Below, one piece after another: positions 13,225 through 24,800 of a stretch of 64,000 nucleotides of DNA. The DNA comes from Cyanophora paradoxa CCMP329 (taxonomy: Eukaryota; Plantae; Glaucophyta), in assembly GCA_004431415.1 (NCBI GenBank), contig QPMI01000644.1, forward strand, positions 1 to 64,000. The letters are read 5' to 3'. A program made the position numbers and the translations under genes. Under the pieces are notes generated by a model that worked only from the letters and a program-made list of their open reading frames with translations, was not told the origin of the DNA and searched no databases. Positions within the stretch are counted from its first letter, which is position 1. Each line of letters starts with the position of its first letter.

Positions 13225-16200
13225 CCCCCACCCGCCCCCGCCCCAACCCCCCACCCGCCCCGCCCCTTCCCTATTAAGATCTACGAATCTTCACTAAGAT
13301 CCACAGCTTAGAGTCTTAGAATCTTCACTAAGATCTACAGCTTAGAATCTGAGAGAAAAGGCCGCGGGGGCGCTCATATTTCTAGCTAAGAATCTAAAAG
13401 GTTATACAGCGTAGTATCTTAGAGTTTTAGATCTACAGCTCTAAGGGAAGCTGAAGGCCGCGGGGGCGCTCAGGTCCCCTACGGGAGCTTCGCGGTGCAC
13501 GTGCTGGCGGACGGCCTCGACGTCGCCGGCTCGCCCTTCGAGCTCCGCCTCGAGCCCCCGCCGCACCTCCGCGCGGCCGCGGCGGCGGCGCCCCGCGCGG
13601 GCCCGGCCCTGGCGATGGCCTCGGCGGCGGCCTCGGCGGCGGAGGCGCAGCGGCGGCAGCGCGAGGCGCGCGCCTCGTTCGCCGTCCTGGACGAGAGCGT
13701 CCTCATCCAGGCGAGACAGCGCCGGCGCCCCGTCTCCGCCCGCCCGCCCGCCCGCCCGCCCGCCCGCCCGCCCCCCTAGCTGGATCTCTCAATCTCTTTC
13801 ATAGAAGCTTCCGATCTTAGCTTGTGGCTTGCGGAGCGCTTCCTTAAAGCCTTAAAGCATCCACGGCTAAAGCTCTGTAATCTTCTCTACTCTCAATCTC
13901 TTTTATAGAAGCTTCTAAGGTTTGACCTCCACTCTAAATTTAAAGCTTCGCCCCAGCTTGTGGAGCGCTTCCCGTCTTTCTAAGCTCTTTAAGCCTTCAG
14001 TCTTCTGAGCCTTTTAAGCCTTCAGTCTTCTAAACCTTTCTCGCGCCTCAGCTTGTGGAGCGCTTCCCGTCGATGGCGGTCTCGCGGGACGCGGTGCTCG
14101 TCTCCGCGCGGGGCGGCGCCGCCCTCCCCGCCGGCCTCGCCCCCGCCCCCGGCGCCGTCGAGGAGGAGGAGTCCGGGCCCCGCCTCGTCGCCTCCGTGCG
14201 CCCCTTCCCCCCCCCCCTCCCTTCCCCCCCCGACCCCCCCCCCCCCTTCGTTCGCAGAGCCTGGTGGAGGTTGCGGTGGAGGCGCCCTGCCCGCTGCGCC
14301 CGACGCTCGTCCTTGTCGTGCTGGAGAACAGGTGCGCGCACTTGGCTGTAGGCGCAAGCGAGAGAGCAGGGGCAGTTTTGAACGGGACCCGGCTCCCGCG
14401 CTCCTAGCTCGCCTAGCGACTCCGCCACGGCCCGCTCCTAGCTGGGGACCCAGCCCCCTCCCTCCCTTCCATCCATCCTTCCTTCCTTTCTGACGCCCTC
14501 GGCAGCTCGGTGGTGAAGCGGGGCTGGCGGGTGGCGCGGGACGCCCTCGCCGCCGCGCTGCCCGTCCTCGCCGCCGCGGAGCACGTCCACGCCACCGTCC
14601 TCGTCTCCTCCAACGCCTCCCGGGTACACGTTCTTCTTCTTCTTCTTAGAAGAAGCTTAGAAGCTTAGAAGCCTATAGCTAAGAAACTTAGAAACCTGGA
14701 AGCCTAGAAGCCTACGTTTGAGTCCTCGTCTCCTCCAACGCCTCCCGGGTGGGCACACCTAGGCCTAGATCTGATCCTCAGGAGTTTAAATTTGATCCGC
14801 TCCTAAGTTTCAGTCCTCGTCTCTGTTAGCGCCCCCCGGGTCGGTCTAGGCCTTCATAGCTTCCAAGTTTCTAAGTTTTTCTAAGAAGCCTGAGAGAGAT
14901 CTAGAGAGCCTGAGTCGCCTGAGTCGGGCCGGCGCTCCGCTTGCAGAACTTGGTGCTGGACCCTTCGTGGGCGCCGGCGGGGCAGGAGGCCCCCCCCGCC
15001 GACCTCCCGAAGCGGGTCGGGGAGCTGGGCGCCGGCACCGCCTCCAGCTGCGTCAAGGCCGCCCTGGACTCGGCGACGGAGGCCCTGCGCGGCTCCCTCC
15101 GCGTCTTCGCCGAGGCGCTGCGCCCCGGCGGCTTCGAGATCCACCTCGTCTTCGTCTCCGTGAGTCACGCCATCACGATTCAAATCAAAAATTCAAAATT
15201 CGAGCAGTACGCGGAGCACGCGTGCCCGGACCACACGGAGGCGCCCGCGCGGGAGCAGTTCGAGGAGCTCCGCAACTACCTCCAGGCGCGCCCGCGCCCG
15301 CGCCGCACAGCTGCAGCTGGGCTAGTACTACGACTAGGACCAGGACTAGAAGACGCCGCCCGCTTCCCCTCTGAGCGCCCGAGAAGCTTTTCTTAGCTCT
15401 CTGAGCCCGCCCCGCTCGGCAGGCGCGGCAGGCGGCGCGCGTGGTCGCCCACTGCGTGGCGCTGGGGGACCGCTGGGACGCCCGCTTCCTCCCCGCCCTC
15501 CGGGGCTCCCTCGGCTCGGAGCCGGGCCTCTGGCTCGCCTCCCCGCTCCTGCCCCTCGACCCCACCGGCCGCCTCGAGCCCGAGAGCGTCGCCGGTGCGC
15601 TGACGAAGCCGCCCTAGCCTTTCCCCCCCACCCACCCCCCAAGCTAACTAGCTAGCTAACTTCGTTCGCCGGGGCCGCCGGGGCCGGCAGCGTCGCTGCT
15701 GGCTCGCAAGCTCTCGGAGCTCTTCGCGGCGATCGCGTCGGGCATCACCGCACTCAGAGTCGACCTCGTCGTCGGCGCCCCGGGGGCGGCCGCCTCGGCT
15801 GCCCCCTCTTCTTCCTCCTCGTCGCCCTCGCCGCCTGAGGAGCGCGTGTGCTGGGCCGTCGCCTGCAACGACGGGAGCGACCTGGCGGTCGGCATCGCGC
15901 CCTTCGCGCTGCCGCCCGAGCAGCAGGCGCACGCCGAGCTCGAGATGCACGCGTTCGCCCTGGGGCCCGGCGACCGCGCCCAGCGGGTCGTCTCCGCCGC
16001 CCCGCAGCTCGTGCCCAAGCTCGTGGTGCGGGACGCGGGGACGGCGGCCTGGTACGAGGTCGTGCAGCTCTTCGCGGCCGCGTGCGACCTGAAGCACGAG
16101 ATGGGCGCCGCGCTGGAGCGCCAGGCGGCCCGCGAGCTGCGCCGCCCCTGGCTCGCCCGCCTCGCCGACGTCCTCGAGAAGGCGCGCGCGCCCTTCCTCT

Positions 16201-16793
16201 TCTTCTTTAACTTCATCTTGTTATCTATCTCTCTCTGACCTCGCTCCCTCCCGCGCAGGCGCGCCGCTGCCGGCAGCTGCTGGGGGCCGCGCCCAAGGAG
16301 CTGCCCCCGGAAGCCGGCCCCGGGCCCGGGCCCGTGCCCCCCGCCAGGCCGCCCCCGCGCGTGCCCCGCGCGCGCGCCAACGCCTCCTTCAAGATCCCCG
16401 CCCGCGTCCGCCCCGCCCCGCCCGGCCCCTTCAGATAGATCCTGAGATCGACTCGCAGGCAGCGGCGGCGCGGGGCGGGTCGGCGGCGGCGATGCTGCGG
16501 ATCGTGGCGGACGTCGAGCGCTCCCTCCAGGCCTCCGTCGTCCCCCTCCTCGACGAGTGGCGCCTCGAGGCCCGCCCCTGTCGCTCTTTTCTGTTCTGCT
16601 CGCTTGGCTTAGTCGTGGCTGGCAGAGCCGGGAGACGCTGGCCCGGGCCCTGGAGCTCTCCGGCGCCGGCATCCTCGACGGCTGGCGCCTCCGCCACCGC
16701 CTCCTCTCCGCATCCGCCTCCGCCTCCGCCTCCGCGCCGGGCCCCAGCGCCCTCGCTGCCGCCCTCGCGAAGACAGGCATCAGCCCGCGGTAG
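9390..16793 (+). CDS. Large multi-exon filamin/ABP280 Ig-like repeat protein
   Basis: Repeated filamin motifs: VIDPADGSGVVYLSFTPTKAEEYE…VQGEDVRNSP; AVDRFGN; VVDRNDGIYAVKILLIQSGEYELEAVLGGNPV; ARDRFGN; DDHRGSYEVT; VLADGLDVAGSPF. Ends ALAKTGISPR*. Confidence 0.8.
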
Positions 16794-17200
16794 CCGTAGC
16801 CGCATGCACAGTAGTAGCCGCAGCCCACGCAGAGCAGAGTTCAGTTCTAGCTATAGATCTAGGCAGATCAAGACAGGGTTCGTTCCACAGCGGCGTCGTG
16901 ATCAGGCCCGGGGCTTGAAGGGGGGCGGCCGAGGGGGCGTCCCCACTGGCTCCCCACCGTGCCCCACCTGATCGCGATCGCCCTCGCCCGGCCCGCCCAT
17001 GTGCATTGGGGGGCACCCTGAGTCCTGATTGATAGGATCCGGATCCGGATAGGATCGGATATCGAATCCGGAGCCCGAGGCCCCAGGGCGCAGGCACGGG
17101 GTCGCTCCTAACATGCAGAGGCAAAAGGGATCCGGAGACCGCGCCGGGCGCACGTTGGATGCCCTGGCTCCTAGAGCCGGTTGGGCAGTTCATCTCAGGT

Positions 17201-17293
17201 CTGGTGCCATTTCTGGCCGAAGTTTGCTTGGTGCCATTGCTGGCCGAAGTAATGGGAGGAGGCGCGGCTTGGTGTGCCATTGCTGGCCGAAGT
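17201..17293 (+). repeat. Three ~21-bp direct repeats (GTGCCATT(T/G)CTGGCCGAAGT)
   Basis: Copies at about 17204, 17231 and 17274 with unequal spacers. Confidence 0.8.
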
Positions 17294-17814
17294 AAGCCCC
17301 ACCCGCTTCCATCGGAGGTGCTTGAATAAGCAGTCGCTTTGAAGTAGCGCCCCAGCTTTGCTCGATCCCGGCGCGCCACTCAACACCAGACCACCTCACT
17401 CGCCGCCTCCGGTCTTGGAGTCCCAGTTCATGTGAATTCGAGACTGAGAACTCAGATCTGAGCTCATCCAGATCCAAATCCGGATGCGAGCAGCTAGCTA
17501 GCGCTAGGCGCTATGCGGGGCCCGGTCGAATTCTCAGAGTCTAGCCCGGCAGCCGCGGCCCGCGGCCGGGGCGGCGCGGCGCGCGCGGCCGCTATTGCTA
17601 GCTTTAGCCCATCGATATTATGCCTCCAGCTGCGCATGCATCCGCACGCACTGCGCATGCAACTGCAGCCCCGGCCGGGGGCCCACCTACGCATGCGCTC
17701 GGGCGGGCCGGGCGCCGTGCACGTGCCACACGCGCCGCCTGCCGGGCGCCGGCGCCGCCGCGCGGGGCGCGCGGGACACGACTCGAATTCGAAGCTGCAG
17801 CTGGGGCTACTAGG

Positions 17815-18010
17815 CTAGTCATGATCGACTCGAAGCGGCAGCTGGCCCAGTGGCCATGGCGCTAGTCATGATCACACTCGAAGCCGCTGAGCGAGCTCAT
17901 GATCACAGCGAATTAAACTTTGAAAGCGAGCTCATGATCACACCGAGTCATGATCATGATCCGATGATCATGATCATGATCATGCATATGATCCAACGAG
18001 CTGATCATGC
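17815..18010. repeat. Degenerate (ATGATC)n palindromic simple repeat
   Basis: Many TCATGA/TGATCA hexamers between two convergent genes. Confidence 0.7.
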
Positions 18011-18897
18011 AGATCTCTTTGGCCTGGCCTCGTATACGTAAGGCTGAGCTTCAGATCTAGCTATAGGCCTTCAAGGCTTGGTCATCGGATCATGAGCTTC
18101 AGGACCTTCCGAGCGTCGACGTCGACGTCCGACCGTCAGGAGAATTCAACCGATCGCAAATCAAATTAAAGTGGAAACGAGCAACAATAAACGAGCGCCG
18201 TGGCGCCGGCACTGCAATAATACCCTAGCTATAGGACAACTAGACATTAATACCAGCTTCCCACCTCAATAAGGCGGGGCACTCGACAGCCGCCGCAAAA
18301 AGGGCAGGCGAATCCGAATACTCTTATCTACAGCATGCATGCGCAGTTTAAAGGAGAAAAGAATGCGAAATCAAATCGAAGCTGAAGCCTCATCTACATA
18401 CCCCTCCATAGCTAATCGCTCGCTGACTCAGTGCTAGCGAGTCAGGAGACGGAGACGGAGACGGATCCGGAGCCGGAGGCCCTAGACCGAGACCGAGCCG
18501 GGGAGGGACCCTATAGCTAGGCCTGATGATTGCTCGCTGACTCAGTACTAGTACGTATACTGGCTATAGTGAGTCAGGAGACGGAGCCGGAGACGGAGGC
18601 CCTGGACATGGCCGTTGGGCGGTCCTGCATGACCTCATCTGCATGACCTCTCTATAGCTGATCGCTCGCTGAATCAAAAATGGCGAGTCAGGAGACGGAG
18701 ACGGAGACGGAGGCCCTGGCCATGGCCGTTGGGCGGTTCGGGACGGAGCCGGGGAGGGACCCGGAGGCCCCGGAGGAGGAGACGGAGGGCGCGGGGGGCG
18801 CCCCGGCCGCGGGGCCCCCGGAGCGGAGACGAGAGACGGGATACGACGGGGGGGGGAGGGGGGGGGGGACCCGACGATCGCTCCCTGGCTCAGTGAG

Positions 18898-21800
18898 TCA
18901 GGAGACGGAGACGGAGCCGGGGAGGGACCCGGAGGCCCCGGAGGAGGACACGGAGGGCGCGGGCGGCGCCCCGGGGCCCGCGGAGGCAGAGGCAGAGGCG
19001 GCGGCGGCGGAGGAGGCGGCGGCGAAGGCGGCGGAGGCAGCGGAAGAATGGGACCCGGCGGCCTGCAGCTGGGCGCCGGAGGATCGGGGCGCCTGCAAGG
19101 AGACGACCGACCCGCGGCCCTCCGCGCCCGTCCGCGCCGTCTGCACCCCGACGCTCCCCGCCCGCCCAAAGCCTGCCCCGCCCGCCCGCGAGTCAGATTT
19201 AGATCTAACAACGTAGCTATAGGCTTCAAAGCGAAGGGAGCCTAAAGGGCCCATGTATATGACCAGCTGCAGAGCGGGCGGGCGGAGTCGGACCGGGCTC
19301 GAGGAGCGGGGCGGCGGCGCGGCGGCGGCGCTGCTCGCGCTCCTGCTGCACCACCTCCATCGCGTCCTGGTCGAAGTCAGTCAGCGAACTGACGCGCGAC
19401 GCCTCTCCGCCACGCCCTCCTAGCCACGCCCACTCCTAGCGCCTCCGCCACGCCCCGCTCCTAGCTGGGGACCTAGCTCCCTCCCCCGCCTCCATCGCGT
19501 CCTTGCCGATCACGCGCAAGAAGCTTTAAGTCAGCAAACTGACGCGCGACGCCTCTCGAAAACGGCCGCGGGGACGCCTCTAGATCTGCTTCTAGAACGG
19601 AAGGAAGCTCGCCACGCCCGCTCCTAGCTGGGGACCCGGCTCCCTCACCCCCGTCCCACCTTGTTGATGACGCGCAGGAAGTCGACGATGCGGTCCATCT
19701 TCTGCTGGATGCTGTCGATGTACTTGTTGTACTGCCGCCTGCGCATGCGCCGCAACGTTAACATCGACGTCGAGCTGAAACGAACACGCTATGTAGCTGA
19801 AACGATTAATCCCAGCGTAATTCCATAAAAAAGCTGAGCTTGAGTTTAAGCTCAAGGATGTTTCTGAACGCACTCCTTCTAGGTCAATCCCAGCTTAATT
19901 CTAGGTCAATCCCAGCTTAATAAGCTCAAGGGTGTTTAAACCTTCCTGTGCGCAACGCACTCCTTCATGACCTGGCGGGCGATCTCCATGACCGTGTCCA
20001 CGCGCTTCTGCACGTCCGCCACCTTCTTCACGAACTGGTCCCGCTGCAAGTTTAATTTGGAAGTTTAGTACTGGCCAAGGAAAGTACAAGTTTATGAATT
20101 AGCAACGGGGAGAGCGACTCACGGCGTAGTTGCGCGCGCGCTGCCGCTTCTCCTCGTCCCGCACCCGCTTCCGCTCCCGCATGATCGAGCGCGCCTTCTC
20201 CAGCTCGCCCCGGAGGTCGGCCCCGCCCAGCGCGCGGCTGTCGACGCCCCTCGCGATCGGATCCGGAGCGCCCCCCCTGTCCATGTCCTCGCCGGCCATG
20301 CCGCCCCGTGCTATCAACAGCGCCGCGACCATGTCGTGGCCCTTGCGGAGTGCGATATAAGATAGTCACATGAGATATAAAATGGTTCTATCATACATAT
20401 TGCATAGAAAGCCTGGGCGCACCTTGCGGAGCGCGTCGTCCAGCGGCGTGCCCCCGAAGCGGTCCCGGCAGTTGACGTTGGCCGTCAGGTGCAGGAGCTC
20501 CTCGACCACCTCCAGCTGGCCCTCGCTGGCCGGGTTCGGGATCGAACGAATTAGTTCGGGATCGAACGAATGAGTTCGGGATCGAACGAATTAGTTCGGG
20601 ATCGGGAGCTGGCCCTCGCTGGCCAAAGCAAATACCGTAAGACACGTAAGTTGTAAGCAATGCGACAGATATTATATCAATGCGTTTTCGGACCCGGACC
20701 CCTATAGCTTGTATGGCTATTAATGCGGTACCAAATTGTTTATGCGCGTGTTTCGATAGCAGAAAACGAATCAATGCGGCCGCCAAGTGGAGCGCCCGAA
20801 CCCCTAGTATCGTTAATAATGCGGGACCCGGACCCCTAGTATGGCTACTTTGGACATCCGAACGATCTAAATTCGGGATCGATGTTCGGGATCGAACGAA
20901 TGAGTTCGGGATCGAACGAATTCGGGGCGGGCACCTGGCCGCCAGGTGGAGCGCCGTGCGCCGATCGTAGTCGCCCACGTCGACGTCGACGCCGCAGGAG
21001 ACGAAGAGCCGCAGCTTGTTCACGTCGCCCTCGCTCGCCGCCGTGCACATCTGGCGCCGGCAGCGCGCGCTTAGATCTTCAAAGTCCCTCAAGATCTTAA
21101 AAAGGCCCTAACACACCTCATAGGCGGGGTCCTCGAGGGTGATGACGCCCCCGTGCTCCTTCAGCAGGAAGGCCACGAGCTCGTGGTGGTTCCGGATCGC
21201 GTCCTCCAGCGGCCTGCCCGGGCGGAGGCGTTAGCTACTCCGGATTCCAGCAACTAAAGCGCTGGGGCGAGATTCATTCAACCGTTGTACATAACGCGTC
21301 TGTTTAGATTTTACGTTCTAAATTTCTTAAGCTTGGATCCGGAGATCTAGATCTAGACGAGGCGGGTTCCACGAGAGGGCGCACGTGGTGTTCCAGCGGT
21401 CGATGCAGTTGACGTTGGCCTTGACGGAGATGAGGTACTGCACGACTGCGAGGTTCCCCTCCGCCGACGCGATGTGCAGCGCCTGCACGCGCCGCTCTGT
21501 CAATTTCCGAATTTCGCTTTGCGCAACATGTAGAAGGTCGACGTCGGGGCTACGCTATCTGAATTAAGACGCTATCGGAGACGTTTAGGGTACCGTGCGC
21601 CCGTCGTAGTCGGGGAGGTTCGGGTCGACGCCGTTCTCGATGAGGCGCCCCAGCTGCTTCACGTCCCCCGCCGCCGCCGCCCGCTGGCACTGCCTGTCGA
21701 TCCATGCCAGGAGTCAGCAGAGGCGACTCTGGAAGCTTAAGGTTGTACATTGCGGCGTCGGCGCGGGGCAGGAAGGCGCCCGGAGAGGTAGCCTAAGGTG

Positions 21801-24800
21801 GCTTAGCTTGGGTGTGGCGGTAGAGTTGATCATGAGACGCGGAGATATAGGAAGTAAGGTGAAGGAGTGAGTGTATATATATAACATCGCGGCGTCGCGA
21901 ACGGCGCGGGGCAGGAGGATGGCGCCGGCGACCAGATCTAGAGGGCGAAGCTAAGGAAGGCGGAAACGTACATCGCGGCGTCGGCGCGGGGCAGGATGGC
22001 GCCCTTGGAGACGAGAAGCTGGGCGATGGCGTCGTGCTTGTAGCGGATGGCGTCCTGCAGGGGCACGTGGCCCCACCTGTCCTGGATGTTCACGTCGGCC
22101 CCCTGCTGGATCAGGAAGTCTGCCGCGCGCGACGAAATTAAATGGAAGGTACGGAAGGCGCGCTCATTGTTTACGGGCGCGCACCGACGACCTTCATGTT
22201 GCCCTCGGCGGCGGCGAGGTGGAGGACTGCGACGCAAATCAAGCGTCACAAACCAAGAAGCGCAATCGGTCGCTGCTGTTGATTCCCGACGCCGACGACG
22301 ACTTAGACGCCTCACCCACCTTATAACTAGACTAGTACTGTCGATCCCCGACGCCGACTTAGACGCCGACTAGACGCCTCACGCACCCGTGCGGTTGTCG
22401 TAGTCGCCGGCGTCGACGTTGAGGCCGCGCAGCACGAGCCGCTTCACCTCGTCCAGCTCGCCCTTGGAGGCCGCGTACGTCACCGCCCCCAGCGCTGCAG
22501 TACGGGCGAGCTAAGAAGAAGAACGGACATCGAACAGATATCATTCTAGCTACTTCCTTCTTATAGATTTATATATCGAACAGATATATAATATCAAGAA
22601 CGCGAGCCTTCTTCCTGGGAGGCCTCGAGCTGCTTCTCGAGGAGGTCCTTGACGCGGAGGTCGTCGGCATCCATCTCGTCCACCGCGAACGACGAGAAGG
22701 AGCCCCTGAAACGTTGAAATGTTGCGCGAAATGTGAGCCGAATGTGAGCCAGCGCAACGCGGAAATGACGGAATTCGTTTGGAGGCGCACGCGTCGTCGA
22801 TGCCGGCGGAGCGGGAGTCGATGTGGAAGCGGCGGAGGATGGTCGAGACGATCCTTCGGTCGTGCAAGGAATATTAATGCACACGACTACATTACAAGTC
22901 TAATTATAAGCGCACCGATCGTGCTGCTCGGGGTAGCTCCGCAGCAGCTCCTCGTAGTCGTCCTTGCCCAGCGAGAGCAGGTGCACGTTGTTCTTCGCGT
23001 GCGCCTATTGCCCGCGGACGATCGCGACGAGGCTGAAGGTCAGGATCTGTCCGAGAGCACAGCGCTATAGCTACTATAGCTATAACTGAGACGGACCGAG
23101 TCCCCGGCCCTCAGACCCCTCTAGATTTAGATCTAGCCCCGGCACCAGCGCCAGCCTAGGTCAGGGCGCGGACGAATTCGAAGCGCGGGGTCAGGCGTGA
23201 TATCTCCAGGGCAAGCCGAAGCGCCAGCCTAGCCGTGCCCTTGCGCTAGCCTTGCTGTCTCGGGGCGCGCGGCGCGGGGGCCCGGCCCCGGGCGCCGGGG
23301 CTCGCTCGCCTTGACGCGGTACGGCTGCTTGACCCCTGCAGCTGTGTCCCCCTCGCACTCCTCTAGATCTAGCCTCAGACCATATCTAGCCCCGACGCTA
23401 GCGCCAGCCCGCCGTTCCGGGGCGCGCGGGGTGCCCGGGCCCGGCGGAGCTGACGCTGGCGTTCGCCCCTCAGACCCTCATCAGAACCCTCTATGACCCT
23501 TTACATAGCGCGCGGGCCCGGCTCCGCGCCGGCCCCGGGGCTCGCGATCGCTTGCCTTGACGCGGTACGGCTGCTTGATGCCGACGAAGAAGGCGAGCTC
23601 TCCGACGACGCCGGCCGTCATCGTCCGCACCAGCTCGCCCCCGTGCCACAGCTCCACCTGCAATTCACGTCTAAGAAGAGAATAGCACGAAGACTGGCAG
23701 GGCAAGGCTAAGCACAGCTAGTTACAATATAAGCCGTGCTGAGATCTAGAGGCACAATTTATAATACAAGGCTAAGCACAGAGAGCTCGAGTAGCAGCTA
23801 TCAGATAACAATAATATAAGCACAGATCTCGACGATGCAAGGCTAAGAACGCGGCGCGCGCACCTCGCCCGACTTGATGAACATGAGCTCGCGCGCGCTG
23901 TCGTTCTCCCGCAGGATCTCGTCCCCGTGCAGGACTGAGAGCGGGGTATGTGTAAGGTGGGGAGGGGGGGGCGGGGGGACGGGTTGAGGTGGGCGGGGCG
24001 GGGCGGGATGGAGCGGCTCGGGATGCGTGAATGCGTAGGGCGGGGGCGGGTTGGGAGGGGGTAGGGGGGGGGGGCGGAGGGGGCGAGGGGCGCGGGTTGG
24101 GGAAGGGGGGAGGGGGGGGGCGGAGGGGGCGGAGGGTGGGGGGGGGGGGGGGGGGGGAGGTTCGGGTTGGGACGGGTTGGGTCGGGTCGGGAGGGGGCGG
24201 GCCGGGAGGGGGCGGCCCGGGAGGGCGCACTGTAGATGTGCTTGAGGTGGAGGCAGATGACGGAGATGAAGTGCTCCTCGCAGCCGTTGAAGATGTTCTT
24301 GTTGCCCCCCATCGTCGCCTGCGCGACCGCGATCGTGGGCGATGGCCGGCCGCGGGGCCGGGCGAGGCTCAAAGTGGGAGAAGGCATGAAATGGACTCTA
24401 CAGCTCTAGCGGAGTCCGTGGACTGTACAGCTTAGACGGACAAGACGGAAAAGGTTCCGAATTGGAAATTTGAAAGCGCGAAAGCTGCGGGCGGACCTGG
24501 GCGATGACGGACATGTAGAGGTAGGAGGCGACGGCGATGCGCAGGTTCTCGGGGTACGACTCCAGGAAGCCCCCCGCGCTCTCGCTCGACGCCACCTGGG
24601 CCTGCCGGCGCGCGCGCGCGCACGATGAGCCCGGGCCCGAGGGGATTCGAAGAGACCAAGCTTAGCTCAAGAAGGCAGCTTTAATATAAGAAGAAGCTCA
24701 ACGAGACATGAATATACATAATCAAGAGGGAAGCCAAAGGCCTAGGGAGCAAGACTGAGAACGATTAGAAGACTAATCAATCCATATAGATGAAACCGAT

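Noticed and set aside
17201-17293. Possible CRISPR array
   Set aside because: Only three repeats with very short, unequal spacers, no cas genes, eukaryotic context.
20627-20860. Second viral insert in a channel intron
   Set aside because: AT-rich but contains internal local duplications and exon echoes, with no recognisable protein pattern.
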